Below, piece after piece: positions 40,340 to 54,162 of a stretch of DNA of 64,000 nt. The notes under the pieces are model-generated. The model did not search any database, had not been told where the DNA came from, and saw only the letters and a list, made by a program, of their open reading frames with translations. Source of the DNA: Gnetum montanum (Eukaryota; Plantae; Gnetophyta); contig MNCI01001083.1 in NCBI GenBank assembly GCA_015680685.1, forward strand, positions 301,989 to 365,988, given 5' to 3'. Both the position numbers and the translations under genes were made by a program. Numbering within the stretch: position 1 is the first letter of the stretch; every line of letters starts with the position of its first letter.

Positions 40340-43300
40340 ATTAGGCTCCATGGCTAATGATGCATCTAGTTATAAGGGCATGGGATGAAAAAGTTAAGGT
40401 GAACTTCACTTGTGCAGATTCTTCATAATCTTTGCAAGATTAGGGAGTGAGTAATACCTATTCTGCATAAGCTTATATCTACCATCCCCTTCATTGATGA
40501 TGTTAAAAGGGAGTTCATCCCATGATGCATCCCATTATTTATCATTGTCATTATTGGTTTGTTGAATTTCATGGCTAGGAGCTTCTTCTTGAAGCTCCAA
40601 TTTAGACCCCTACTCTATGTTCAAATTGTTAACAATGAGGGGAATCACATTGTTACCATGAATGATGATTTTACCTCCCTCATAAGGAAGGTGAATTTCT
40701 TAATGGATGGGTGATCACACAGCCTATAATTGAGCCAACCATGATCTTCCCAAGATAAGGTTGAACCTTGGTGTCTTCTCCATCATCAAGAAATTGGTAC
40801 CACAAAATTCAAGGAGGTAGACTTCTTGATGATGATCCTTGATTAGTTAAAATACTTGAGGGTAGCTATTGATGTAGGATATATTTGCTTAATTAGGCCC
40901 AAGCATTCAACAATGGTGCATCAGATGATGTTGGTTGTGGCTCCATCATCAACAAGCACCTGATGCACTTTAAGCTACCCTACATGTATGGTTATGAATA
41001 GAGGATCCCTAGTTACTTTTCCATTTTGGGAATTGACCTTAATTTTGCAATCACAAAATACTAAAGGTGTTGACTTATCCTCCCTTGTCAAGGAAGGAAC
41101 CATCACTACATGAATGGATTCTTCATTAGCAGAGATGTCCTCACTAACAAGGATGGAAGTCAACATTTTGACTAATGCCTCATGATGTGTGGTAGAAGTC
41201 ATGATCAAGTCATACAAGCTTAAAGTTATGTTTTTCTACTTGAGGGATTGCCTAACTTGGTCTATTGCACTAAGGAAGTTTTTATCATTATCCATGGGCT
41301 TGTTGCCCTAGTTGTGCTTTACCTTCTCCATGTACCCCAAAATGTAGACATTAGATTTAGGTTGTGGTTATTGAGGCTTTTCTCATTCTTCTGGCTATCA
41401 ATTTTAGGATCCTCCTATGGCTTGTTGGTTTAAATGGGTTGGGAAAAGGAGGTCATGGGTATAGTCAAAAGGGGAGTGGGCTTTGGTGGACCCACTTTCT
41501 TTTGTGCCTCTATCTATTTGTCACCCTTACTACCAGGCTTTTGCTTATGCTTCTTTCTTTGCTTGGATGAAATTTTCTGGTTGTCAATCATTGGTTGTGA
41601 GGAAAAGGTAGTAGCATTGGACATCACAAGAGGTCATTGTGTAGTTGTTTAGGCTACAGCTAGTTGGGTTATGTTAGGTTGAGGTGCCCTTATGACAAAA
41701 GGATCTCTTGGAGGTACTCGTGATAGTACTCTTATGACTAAGGGGCATCTTGAATTGGTGTAAGCTATAGAAGCCTTTTCACCACAAGGGGGTAGTTGAA
41801 TCACAAATGGTTCTCCTAGGGGTTTCTGATCATCATTAATGTTGAATGCTGAAATAATATAAGGGTTGTCATTAACATTCAATGGGTCCTTGTAGACCTA
41901 CATCAACTAATTTTGTGGCCAAACTAGGTTGAAAGCATCTAAGACCAACTCCCTCCTATCTATCATCCTTTCTAGGTCATCCTTCAGCATGAGGTAGAAG
42001 TTTGTGTCATGACTGGGAAATTGGTGATAATGGTAGAAGTGGTTTAGTTTGAAGTACCTAGGCAATTGTGGATTATCAGTTGTTGCTCAAGTGGGGTCTT
42101 TGGCTATTTCATAGAGCCTAGCATGCTTCTTTCAAGAAGCTTCATACATCTATTTGTATTGAATACATTCACTTTTCAAAAGTAGGTCTAATTGCTATAA
42201 TGTATTTAATGGTGAGGTAGTGTATTTGGGCATGTCTTTTCTTTCGAAGTTGGATCTAGTTGTTGTTGATATAGCAGCTCCAAAGGTTGATGGTTGGTTA
42301 TTGCAGTCATTAGTGGAGGCCTTGGGTTGGTTGGCCTTTAGCCCTTAGTTTGTGGCCTTTGCTTCCTTGGTCATAGTTTCTATGGTTGCATTATTTTGTT
42401 TGTTCTTTTATTTGTCTCTTTGTGTATGTTGATTTTTATATGCTACGTAGACTGGATCATGATTGTCCTTCATAGCATCCTCTATATTCCTGGTTTGGAA
42501 AAATGCTTGGCTAAGGGACCATGGGTTAAGATAATAAAGCTTGGACTTGATGAAGTCATTAACCACCCCTTTTAATATGGCTAAAAGGTAGGCCTCAATG
42601 ATGGGTTCTAGTATTTTGTTTAACAATCCATTCCACCATTGGATGAATTACTGTACAAGATCAAAGGGTCCCTTCTTAACCTTCATGAGTTGGTTAAGCA
42701 TGGTGTTGGGCTTCAAGTTATACTTGAAGCAATTAATGAACTGGGATATTAAGTCCTCCAAAGAGGATATGGACCTTCTAGGTAAGGCACAATACCAATC
42801 AAGTGCTTTCCTAGTCAATGACATAGGGAAAATTCTCATGATAGTATGAGGCCATGGCAAGAGTAAGCACTTGGATCTAAAGGTTATAAGATGAGCATTA
42901 GGGTTACCTTCTCCATTATATTTGATAAATTAGGAAATATGGATACCAAGAAGAAGTGTCAAAGGTGGGACCACAAGAATGATGGGATCATCCTAATAGA
43001 AGTTCATAATCTTGACAGTTTATGAAGTAGAGGCTTTAAGCCTCTTCAACTCCTTCGTCAGGTCTTGGATCATCTAGAAGGCTTGATCCAAGCCTTGTGA
43101 TGGCCTTGTTGGTTGTGGGGTTTGTACATATGGTTGTCGAATTTTTTTTGAGGCTTGTGGCCTCACTATGGGTTGCAAGATAGAAGGGAATGGTTTTGTT
43201 ATGATCATACCTTGTGGGCCAAACAAGGAAATGGATATTTGTGTCAATACTTAAGGCACAAATGAGATAAAGGGGGTGTGTGATACCTGAGTTTCTTGGG

Positions 43301-43830
43301 GTCCCATGGTAGATCCCACATGGATAGTTAATGGATTTATGGTGGTAAAAACCATCGTCAATGGTTGTACAGATCAATGCCATGTAGCAAATAACACAAA
43401 TGTGTTATAGGTTGTTGGCTGTGGCATTGATTAAGTTTGATGTATGGCTATGACTGATGTAGAACCAACCAAGATAGGGTAGGAGGGAGTGGAAGATGGT
43501 AGCACCATTCCCATGGAGAAAACAAAATCATTAGAGGAAGGCACTATGAACTTGGGAGACATTTGTTATTACAATCCTCCCAGGATATTTTCAAGCTCAA
43601 ATTCCATCTTAAATTCATCCCTCTCATCTTGTTATTTCTTTGAGCTATGCTTCTCATCTTCCTTGTCCATTATAATCAATTGAGCTAGGATGCTAGCATA
43701 GACATTGGTTAGAGGTGTTTGGTCATACAAGAAAAGGACATACTCCTTCCCATCTTGATGTATGAGCTCAAACTCCCTTTTTCCCTATGCTTCCACACAT
43801 GGAATCATGAGGTTGGCTTGAATTTTGGCA
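40340..43830 (-). pseudogene. gag: Tat/Ogre-type gag-protease
   Basis: FIKYNGEGNPNAHLITF; RIFPMSLTRKALDWYCALPRRSISSLEDLISQF (Retrotrans_gag); HFYHYHQFPSHDTNFYLMLKDDLERMID (Ogre-type YCxYH..GH.T motif); PR VLVDDGATTNII and FNLILGRSWL...SPIH*KIHLPYEGGKIIIHG. Confidence 0.88.
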
Positions 43831-44212
43831 CAAATGTAGTAATAATAGTCTTCATTTATTGAAATAAAGTTAGGACTTTCCCCTCTAACCCTCAAAGATC
43901 ACCTACACTCAATGATGGCAGGGTCTTTGGGGTCATAGACCCTCGTGGCTTATTGCTTAGGACCTTCACCAATGAGGATGAAGGGAAATTTTATGGATTG
44001 TTTGACAATCATGCCTACTTTATCAAAAATGGGTTGAAAATGGTAAAGCAAAAGTAAATTCCCATGAACAGAGTTCAAAAACATTCAAAAGGAAGCAAAA
44101 ACGGCTGAAAATAAAGTACTTACTATAATTAGTAAGTGGGGGTAAGGGGGATTTACCCATTTACTAGAAATAGAAAGCTAAGAAAGTTGGTGTTAAGCCT
44201 GACCCACGTTGG

Positions 44213-44460
44213 CCTTCCAATTGCCTCTATGCTAGGTATGATAAAGGGGAAAGAAGGGGGTGAGATGATGGGAATCTCACATCTTTTAAACCAACATTGA
44301 TTAAAAGGGAAAGGCCTAAAACCAAAATGAAAATTTGGTAACAAGCTCTACACTACCCTTCCAATTGCCTCTATGTTGGGTATGGTAGGGGGGAAAGAAG
44401 GGGGTGAGATGATGGGAATCTCACACCTTCTATTCTAACATTGATGAAGGATCAAAGGTT
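44213..44460. repeat. Two ~144-bp direct repeats in the 5' UTR, each with a GTGAGAT-N7-ATCTCAC hairpin
   Basis: ccttccaattgcctctatg...gaagggggtgagatgatgggaatctcaca at 44213 and 44357. Confidence 0.85.
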
Positions 44461-44872
44461 GAAAATCAAAGTGGAAAGTTAGTATTGTTCCACTAATACT
44501 AGTTTTAGTAGGCTACCCATTTTCTCAGCTTGGAAAGATGGGAGGGAAGCTAACTTCTAAAAGTTTGATGATTTTTGGAAGGGTTGCATCACCCACTTTG
44601 GAAATTTAAAAAATATTGGCAGCATAAAGGAGAGAAGGGGGAAAGATAACACTGGCTTTAGGCTAAAAACTTTACAACAATTGCTATGAAAATTTTGAAA
44701 ACCCAAACAATTGTAACTTCCATGCTAGGCTTTGATTGTAGGAGGATGGGTTACAACATTTTTTGATGTAAAAACTTCAAAGGTTTTGAAGCAAAAAATT
44801 ATAAATTTTAGGATGATAGGAAACATTGGTAATGATGGTCACAAGACTAGACATAGAAATCAAGCGAGGGCA

Positions 44873-44887
44873 CTCCTTCTAGTGTCA
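44873..44887 (-). promoter_or_regulatory. Primer-binding site, tRNA-Asn type
   Basis: Minus strand TGACACTAGAAGGAG versus the plant tRNA-Asn(GUU) 3' complement TGGCGCTAGAAGGAG (two G>A changes); 7 nt from the LTR edge at 44895. Confidence 0.75.
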
Positions 44888-46197
44888 AGAAAAATATTGT
44901 GGTTGGAAAACTTGATCACTGGAAAGACTAATGGATCTAATGTGGTAGTCCTCAATCCCAAATCCCTAGGGTCTACAAAAAATGGACTTCAGGGTGCCTT
45001 GGCCAGTTTGTCAAATCAACCAAGGATTTACAAAATGCAAAAGCAAATTATGCAAATAATAATGAAAAATTATAGATCTATAGAATAGAGAAACAAATGC
45101 AGATTGCACACAAAAATGAAACTTTAAAACTTTATTAAAACAATAAAAGAAGAGTTCCATAAATGTGTACAACAAATGCCTATGGGAGTAAATAGAGTTT
45201 TTTTGATGCATGAGTTCAAAGCCCATTGAAGCTTATATAGTTTGATCCATGATCCAAGTGCTAAGCCACTCTTAAAGCTTTTGAACTTCCTCTACTACAA
45301 CCTAAAATCTGTAAATTAGATCACTATTGGAGGTGAGAAAAGTGGGAAATCTATTTGCTAAAGTGCTCCATGTTGGAGGTTGAAAATCCCAAGAATGCAA
45401 CATTGACACCAAAAGCCCACAAGTCTCAAGGTCACAAAGTTATTGTGCTTTCACGCTGGGTTCAAGAGAATGCAAACATGGAAAATTGTAAAAGCTCTTA
45501 AATGCTTGAAATTGCCCAAGTGTGGAGTCATGAAAATTATGAGAATTAATGTTAGGATTATGGAATTACTAAAGTGTTTATATGCCAAAAGTTGCTAAAC
45601 TACAAAAAGTGTGAAACCTATAAATAGTATTTGAGGCTAGTTTTTATAGGTTTTGGGCCATGAATCATGCTGTAAAATGGTTGAAATTCAATTTGGCTAT
45701 ATAATGGCTACAAATTAGCTATAATTTGGCTAAAAATTCCTACCTCATATAGGTGAGATGGATGCCCAAATTTGGGAGCTTACTATACATAGTAAATGCC
45801 TTCCCCGCATGGCCAATCTATTTGCTATAAATAGTAATGGGGGCACACCTTTCATGCTAGAGATAAATCTTCCATGTTGAGCCTTATTCCATCCTTATTG
45901 GAGTGGTTGATCAATGTTGAAGTGCATGCAGTGTTGAAGTTTTGCTTTTGTGGCTTTGCATGTTGGGGGCATGTAGTTTCTACACTAGGGAAAAAAGTTT
46001 CCAAGTTGAGGGAAAATCCTCCACTCCTCTACACTAGGGATAAGTGAGATTTACATTTCCACTAGCCCGCCCCACACCCCCCCCTCCTTAAGTGTTTCCA
46101 ATGTAGAAAAATGTACACTCACCATAAAACCCATCAAATTATCATTTTTGGCATTCCAAAAGGAAATTTTGATCCCCAAACCTAAATATAGACACCA

Positions 46198-49100
46198 TGT
46201 AACAATGTTGCCCCAACATTGTTTGGCACCCCAAGGAATTCCTGGAGATCCAATGGATCTAGGGTAGAAAACCTAGGGATTATGCCTCTAATATGCAAAC
46301 AACCCATGTATGGGAGCGAGTGGCACAAGAGCTTCTTAATAAATGAGAATGCACCTCAAGAAGAATGACTGAACTTTGAATGAGAATCGTGCATACAAGT
46401 ACACAAGCAACCTTGTAGACATAATTGATGGAAGGGGAACAATGCATCTACTAGGGGGTGCCTCACCCCAAAACCCCTCACAATCTAGTACAAGGTTTTA
46501 CTTGACACCTACATATCTACATATCTATGGCCATCACAGAATCAGGGCCATGTAGTTCTCCAAGTGAAGGTAGTATGAAGAGGACTTAAAGAGGGGTGCA
46601 ATATGAGGGAGTCCTACTACTGGTTTGGTATCGCCAAGCCAGGATGGGTTTTCTAACACTTGAGTGCCACCCAAGGATGTCTTAGAGTTTTCCATGATCC
46701 TCGAACCATGGGAATGGCCTAGGAGAACCGCTACCCTAAGACATCTCTCACAATCCTCCCCTACACAAAAGAAGCAACATCCTTAGAGAGGAGCCTAGGA
46801 TGACTTCAAGAGTACAATTCAAGTGTTGATTTTGAATGCCATCAACTTTAGGGCATCCATTAACTCAACTAATGCTAGGCTTAAAGGAAGGTACCAACCA
46901 AAACAACTGATACATCCTTCCATCCAATGCCTTACATGAAACACAAAGGGCACTTGGAGAAACCTCAAAAGCTTTTCCTACTATATGACAAGAGGGAGAA
47001 GTCCAACCCAAAGGGCCAACATCTATAAGGTGTCCCATAGATCCATCTATTATCAGGTCTAGAGACTTATCTTCTTGCATAAGCCCATACCTATGTAAGA
47101 GGACAAGCTCGTCTTCCACAAGTTCAGCCGAGTTCTCTTCTGAATGGCATCTCGACATCCATTAATTTCCTTAATTTTTTTGTCATTGATTTTAAGGGCT
47201 CAACAAGGCCACTGCACATTATGATGGACTTGGAAAACCAAAAATGAGAAGGAGAACATGCTCCAAAAGAGCCATGTCTCCACAAGCAATTCAAGCTTGC
47301 TAGAATCCCAGGTTTTGCTTCTTGCATCAAAACCCATGGGGTCTCATCAGTGTAACCATCTAAGCATTGAATCACCACATCTATAATGTCCACATATTCT
47401 CTTTTGTTTTCCCACATTACATCTGTTTAGGCTAATAGGAAGGGAGTCAAGCATGATCTCCCTTCAAAACAAGGTACAACGGTAGATCTTTTGAATCTAA
47501 CCTTTCCATTCATAGACACACTAGCATCGCAATCCACATTTCATCACACAACACTATTCCATTTCAACCACAAAAGAGAAGATCCAAATTTTATTTGGAA
47601 AACTTCTCCAAGAGGCTATCATAGCTTACAAACCCAATCTATCATTGACATCCTTTGGGATTGTCCAACATCAAGAACACTTTCTCAAATGTTGGAACCA
47701 GTGGAGGATATGTGGGGCAGCCAACCCGAAGACAATCCTTCATACATACACCTCATGCCAACTACTACCACATTGTCCATTGCAACCATAATGTTTCATT
47801 CATGGAAAAGGACCAACTATGCTTGCATCTTACAAGTTGTCCTTCGCACTTCAAGATATGGGACAAGCACCATTTTCTAAATACTTAGTCCAAGGAAGGA
47901 TGTAGAATTACCTCTGAGGACAACCATAATCATGAATTCTCCAAGGAACATCTGGGTTTCTAGAAGCTAAATTTTCTTTCCACACCAAGAACAACCGCAA
48001 CTCACAATCAACACCTTTCATTGGATTTTTAAACCCAAAGGGAAGGTCCTCTTTGGGAGGTTTCTTCCATATGCAAGTACAACAATCCTACTGCACTATA
48101 CCCGTGATACATGCCCAAGTAGTCCACATAGCCAGCACAACCATATCATCAAACTACTATCAGTTGAGAAAAGACATGGACTCATAGGTCTTACCCACAC
48201 TCGATTCCACCTTACGAACAACTCAAGAAGCAAAAGAGTTCATTCCTCAAAATTTTATCAAGAGGGAGATTTGTTTCATCATGGGAGATCTAGGTTTTCA
48301 TTTCATACATCCTAGTCCATCCCATTTACAACAATTTTGGTGCACAAGGCCACATCATTGCCTATTACCATCAGGCCCAAATAACAAATGCAAGAGTGAA
48401 CACGAATATTTTTCCCATAGGACTAGATCCTCAAGATAGTTTTACAAAGAATGGGCTTCACCAACATCAACTACTAACTCGAAACAATACATGACTCATC
48501 CCCAAAGGATTTACAATAAGAAAGGTCTACCAAAGAACCCTAATAAGGAAGTCCTTCTGGAGCCCCAAAAGCTGAGAGTACATAAGATCATGCCTTACTT
48601 ACAAGAGAAGAAATATATACATTTAGGCTATATCAACAACATGTCCTCACAAGGGAGATTCCATGAATTCCATCATGGTAACAACATTTTGTCTCTAAGA
48701 ACAAGCTTGAATAGTTTAGGAACATGGAACCACTACTTGGAACAAGTCCCAAACATCAACTGCTTCTAGATCCCATCTAGGAAGCAACAGTCTTAATACA
48801 ACCTACATTATTATTTTAGGAACTGAAGAGGGTATTCATCAGAATGGAGAATGATCCCTCATAGGACTAGAGAATCATGAAGTAATAGAGTGCTTAATCA
48901 TGCTATCCCACCAAAGAGGTTAGGACATTAACATAATTCAACAATACACCAAAGAAATGGGATAATACATTAGAGAGAGACTGGGTGATACACCCGAGTA
49001 TACTAGAGAAAGATGGGTTGTTACATCATAGCCCACAAAACACCATAAGTTCCAAGAAATGAGAGCACACCATAACTTTCAAAAGCATCATAAGTCCTAA

Positions 49101-52100
49101 GTCATGAGAATGCACCATAGCTCTTAGAAGCACTAGAAGCAACTAGTCACAAGAGCACACCGTCATCCACAAAAGCACCAGAAGCCCCCAATCATGAGAG
49201 CATAGGTTCAAGAGTTTTTTAGCACATACAAGTCCATCCTACAAGACCATCAAGAGAAGTCACAATTGTGTAACTATAATGTTATTTATTTAAGGATGGA
49301 CCAACCATTCCAATTCTTGCAAAAATTTCTCTAAAGATCACATCTAGCCATGGAAGAGGGAGTCTAGATGTTAATATCCAGAACTCAACTCTACCCCGTA
49401 GCTAGACATAATAGCATCACCTTTGATTTGAAATTTTAGTCTACCATTGTAATTCACATGGCCATTGTGAGCCACTTACTATCAAGATCAAGCTCATCGA
49501 ATCAATTTCTTTGAATTTCAGGCTACATTCCACCATCAATCACCTGTGAATAAGATTTTTGGCAATCAAGGAACTCAAGAGGAAGAGTTCCCAAAACTTA
49601 TCTTGTCTCAAGAATGTTCACCGAAGGACATGCCATCATGGCATGCCAATATCACCAATAACACAAAGCATCAATTCAGGAGCACCTTGGGCAAGACCAT
49701 GCCTTGGCCTTCTCATTATAACACCATTTATCAACAAATAGAATTTTCCATGGGGCTTTTAGCAGAATTACACATCAAGGCACAAAGACTACTTACAACA
49801 TAGAAAGGAGGTGCTTCAAGGATGTGCACAAGGAAAACACTGTACACCAAGTTTGGCCTTGTCATAAGGTGTGGCACAAGTCTACAATAAGGGGATAAGT
49901 AACTCACATAGGGAAACCAAATCTAGCACTTTTGTGTGCATAAACTATCCAAACTGTATATATCACAACATTTCATTACAAGCGTACACACCCAAGGATA
50001 GGAATACATTTAGTAGGCATAGTACATGACATTTGGGGATGCTACCCAAGCCTAAAAGGCTATAGGAAAAACTACCTGAGCTTGTCCTAAGCTAAAGGGT
50101 TTAGGCCACCAAGAGCACACCAAAGCTGCACCATGCTATTATGAGAAAAACCTGTCTCTATCTCTACATGTACATGAACATCTGTCACACTGCACCCACT
50201 ACACAACTATCTTTGCATGTACATGAACAACCATCACATAGAACCCACTACACAACTACCATTGAATGAAAATGAATTGGGACATGAACACAATGATTGA
50301 ACAACAGAACATGCCAACTAAGCATCCACCACCTACCACTATGGGATCTCAAGGCATTGGCCACTCCTAGGCCATTAGTATTTGGCATGGCCAAGGATAC
50401 TATTCTATGCCATCTACTAATCCAATATCCATAGGGTCTAGGATAGACCACCATCCTCTATTACTGCTCACCTAGCACTAAGAGGAAAACAAATCATGAT
50501 GTACCTACTGCTTCATCACAGCAAGGATACTAATAAATCCACAACCCAATGTTGGTATTTTGAGACTAAGTAATTAATTCATGAAAGCCTCAAGAGCACA
50601 CATCTTCCTCATAAACATAGTGCTCATAGAATCAATTGAGGTCACCACTATTCACATCTTTGTACTTGTGCTTCCTACAAGACCAAGACAATAGCTTAGA
50701 AATAGAGAAGTTAATAGGAACATGATTAGCACATCAGCCTCATAGATAACCATCAAGCATGATCACACAACAAAGAAATATCAATCTCACAACATCATAA
50801 AGGGCAAGACTTCAGCAACACACATAGAGATCAATCATGCAAAACATTGATGGATTAATTAGATACACTCACACAAAAGAGTATATCATGAGGCACATCC
50901 AAAGAGAGAACTAAAACACTCTTGAAATTCCAAGATTCACATAAAACAAATGTTTCCAACCACTAACATTGGTTCCCACTAGGATCCAAATCTCAACAAT
51001 TCATAATAGGCATTAGTAATAGAGATTCATTATGTCAACAAGAAAATAAGGAGGGAGACCAAGGTCTAGCCAATAATAAGTCTCAACAAAGCTCCAATTC
51101 TCACTATAAAGAACAACATCAAAGAGGATGCATCCACAAGAAAGACTTTCATCAGAGAGGTGAGGTCTCAACAAGAACCAATAATAGCATGGCCTACTCT
51201 AGAAGGTCTCCAAATTAGAATGCCCAAAGAAATGTCACCAATCAAGAAGTTATGCTACAAAACCAAGGGCAATACAACCACCTCAAATGAGGGAGCACAA
51301 TATACAAAAGGTATACAACAAGGGCAATCATGCCTAAAGCATGACCACAAACATTTGACCCTTGGGATGGCATAAATGGCCTTAAAATGTAGCCTCAACA
51401 ATCCCAAAAACAAGTCATCACACCGCATAGATCACAAAGCCTTGTGTTACAAACGATAGACATGACAAAAGCAACGTGCATGCAGAATTTGAAAACGCAA
51501 CCAAGGAAGACATGCCTACACAACTAGACAATCATACAATCACAAACACAAACATACAAAGTATACTAGTAGTGATCTTAATCCATCCAAAACAAGGCTC
51601 ATCGAAAGCACATGTTTGAAAACCCTCCATCTCAAGGTATCTAGGAACCAACATGTCCCAATTTGTAATTCCAAAACTCACAGTATCTAAGGTGAGTGGG
51701 AGTGCAAGGATATCACATCCTATAGAATTCAATCAATGCTATCTTGATACATGTCATCTCGGTCGAGACCAAAGTGGAGACTAGGTTTAATTCATCCCAA
51801 ACGAATCATTGGAGACCAAAGATGAGAGCTCCTTGAGTAACAATAATTTGTGAGTTGCCAATAGAACTCTCCTCTACCATATCAAATAAAACTACAACTG
51901 GTCTAACCACAAGTAAACCATTGAAGGACAATATCACAACGCAATCATATACATCCTCTAGGAGAACAACATACACTAGTTGCTCACAACATAACATTGG
52001 CCTCATAATGAGGAGTGTAAGAATCTTACCATACGGAACCTCTTCACAGAACACATAAGGAATGATCCTATATCACCCAGATATATATCCGAAAGGACCA

Positions 52101-52747
52101 TCAATAGAATAAGCTTAATGGTGCAACCTAGTCAAAGGGCACACACTTATCACAACATGATTACAAAAATGCTCTAATACCATCTATAACAACATTGCCC
52201 TAACATTATCTGGCACCCCAAGGAATTTCTAGAGATCCAAGGGTGGAAAACCATGGGATTATGCCTCTAACAAGAAAACAACCCATGGATGAGAGCGAGC
52301 AGCTAGCTTCTTAATAAATGAGAATGCATCTCAAGGAGAATGACTAAATTTTGAACGACAACTATGCATACAAGTACACAAGCAACCCTATAGACATCAT
52401 CGGTGGAAGGGGAACCACACATCTACTAGGGGGTAGCTCATCCTCAAACCCCACATGATTTGGTACAAAGTTCAACTTGGCACTACACCAAAACTATCTA
52501 GTCTTGGTTGCCTTCATATCTACGACTACTGCAAAATTAGGGCCATGTAGTTCTCCAAGTAAGAGTAGTATGAGGAGGCCTTAAAGAGGGGCGCAACAAA
52601 AGGGAGCCTTGTTGTTAGCTTGGTACCATCAAGCTGGGATGGGTTTTCTAACACTTGAGTGTCACCCAAGGGCATCTCAAAGTGTTCCATAGTCCTCGAA
52701 CCATGGGGATGGCCCAGGAGAATTGCTACCCTAAGACATCTCTTACA
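46198..52747 (-). mobile_element. Nested non-autonomous LTR element (CRM-like chromovirus derivative), 6550 bp
   Basis: Perfect TSD CACCA (46193-46197 / 52748-52752); LTRs 46198-46752 and 52185-52747; PBS tggtattagagc at 52171-52182; PPT gtaggggaggat at 46753-46764. Interior has only faint CRM-like remnants (LHLLFGPDGNR at ~48370-48400; FVPSS..LRQNVVTMMEF at ~48660-48750). Short tandem repeats at 49030-49205 and 50165-50300. Boundaries are firm; lineage is tentative. Confidence 0.9.
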
Positions 52748-52964
52748 CACCAAGTGACTTTATTTTACTTGAGAAATGAGGCTTTGACCACTTATGTGGC
52801 ATTTTTCAACCCATAAGTATGGAATATGTGAAATTGCCCCTCTTAGATTATAATTTTCACATTTATAACAAAATTTTTGCCTCGAGTTTCATGGGAGGAA
52901 AGCTACATGATGAAAATTAATTATAACATACAAAATTTTGTGGTGTTTTATCATGACACCCACA

Positions 52965-53320
52965 CTGTCCAAGGGTGCTAAGGGAGGTGACAATTTTTGG
53001 CTATGGTGGTGTGTGTGGGTGCAAGAGGAGGCAACAATTTTCGTTGGCAGCAGGGTCTATAGGTGCCGAAGGAACCGATGATTTTCAGGACCAATGGTGT
53101 CTACGAGCACGAGAGGAGGCAATGATTTTTTATGCTAGTGGTGTCCACGGATGCTAAAGGAGAACGTTAGCGGTGTTTACACGTGTCCAAAGATGCCATG
53201 ATTTTTGGCACAGGTGGTGTCTGCAAGCGCTGGAGGAGGCAACAATTTTTGGCATCAATGGTATCTGCGAGCGTCAGAGAGGAAGTGACGATTTCTAGCG
53301 CCAGCAGTGTCCGCGAGCAT
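52965..53320. repeat. GC-rich ~44-bp tandem array, about 8 copies
   Basis: Consensus ggtgtccgcgggtgc.ggaggaggcgacgatttttggcacc.gt; e.g. ggtgtctacgagcacgagaggaggcaatgattttt and ggtgtctgcaagcgctggaggaggcaacaatttttggc. Confidence 0.8.
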
Positions 53321-54162
53321 CATCGTGGGTAGCTAAAAATTACGACAGATTTTTCAGCTGCAAGCAAGGCAACACGGCCTACAATTTTAAATTTTTTTAT
53401 TAATTATTATTATTATTATCGTTATTATTAATTTATTTTGATAGAGGTTGCATGACGACGGGCTGGAGGAAGCAGGCAAGGGCAGAAGTAGGGATGTAGC
53501 AGGCGGGGACGCAGCAGAAGGCATCACGCATCAAGGCAAGTTACCGAGAGGCCTGCATGACTATGCGATTGTAACAGGCCTACGGGCTACATAGGCCCTA
53601 CAGCTACAAAGTTATTTATCTTTTAATAAACTAACCCGCTCATGATTAAACCCTGTTAAAAATTGGAATTGATACCGAGGGTAGCAGTTTCCAGAGAAAA
53701 ATTTAATAGCTGCTAACACTAAAGGAACACTATTAAACTCTTTGCTTTGATAGTAGTATTGCAAACTTTGATCATTGACATTTTTTTTATCATGCATCAT
53801 CACATCTAACATATGATTCGGATGGCCATTCAATGCAAAATTGATATGAGGTAGTTTTTGTACTTGCTCTAGATAACTTTGATGAAATAAAAACTAGACA
53901 TCCATTAAACGATGATTATTTTTTGATCAAGCCATGACAAATGTTCCATCTAAAGTACCCCCTTTCCTCACCCTTTCAGGGGAATGCAAAAGAAAACCTA
54001 CTAGCCAGTGGGTTAGATTTGTAACAGTTGGAGTAATTGTTAGTTTATATCCTTAATTATGACTAAAGTCCCAATCACTTGATGTGGATGAAGATTATTC
54101 CAAAGAGTAGTTTGAAGATAGTATTTGCTTTATTCGTCTGCATATGAATCTGTTAATGTGGT

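Larger units (their letters stand above)
36921..52953 (-). mobile_element. Tat/Ogre-like Ty3/Gypsy element with gag-PR only plus an antisense gene; 3' LTR absent; 5' LTR split by a nested element
   Basis: 5' LTR at 44895-46197 + 52753-~52953; PBS tgacactagaaggag (tRNA-Asn, TGGCGCTAGAAGGAG) at 44873-44887; gag-PR at 40340-43830; tandem repeats at 39880-40170; antisense gene at 36921-39544. Confidence 0.8.

Noticed and set aside
43820-43840. Alternative PBS/LTR edge (ggcacaaatgt) for the Tat-like element
   Set aside because: A better tRNA-Asn PBS lies at 44873-44887, and homology with the second LTR begins at 44895.
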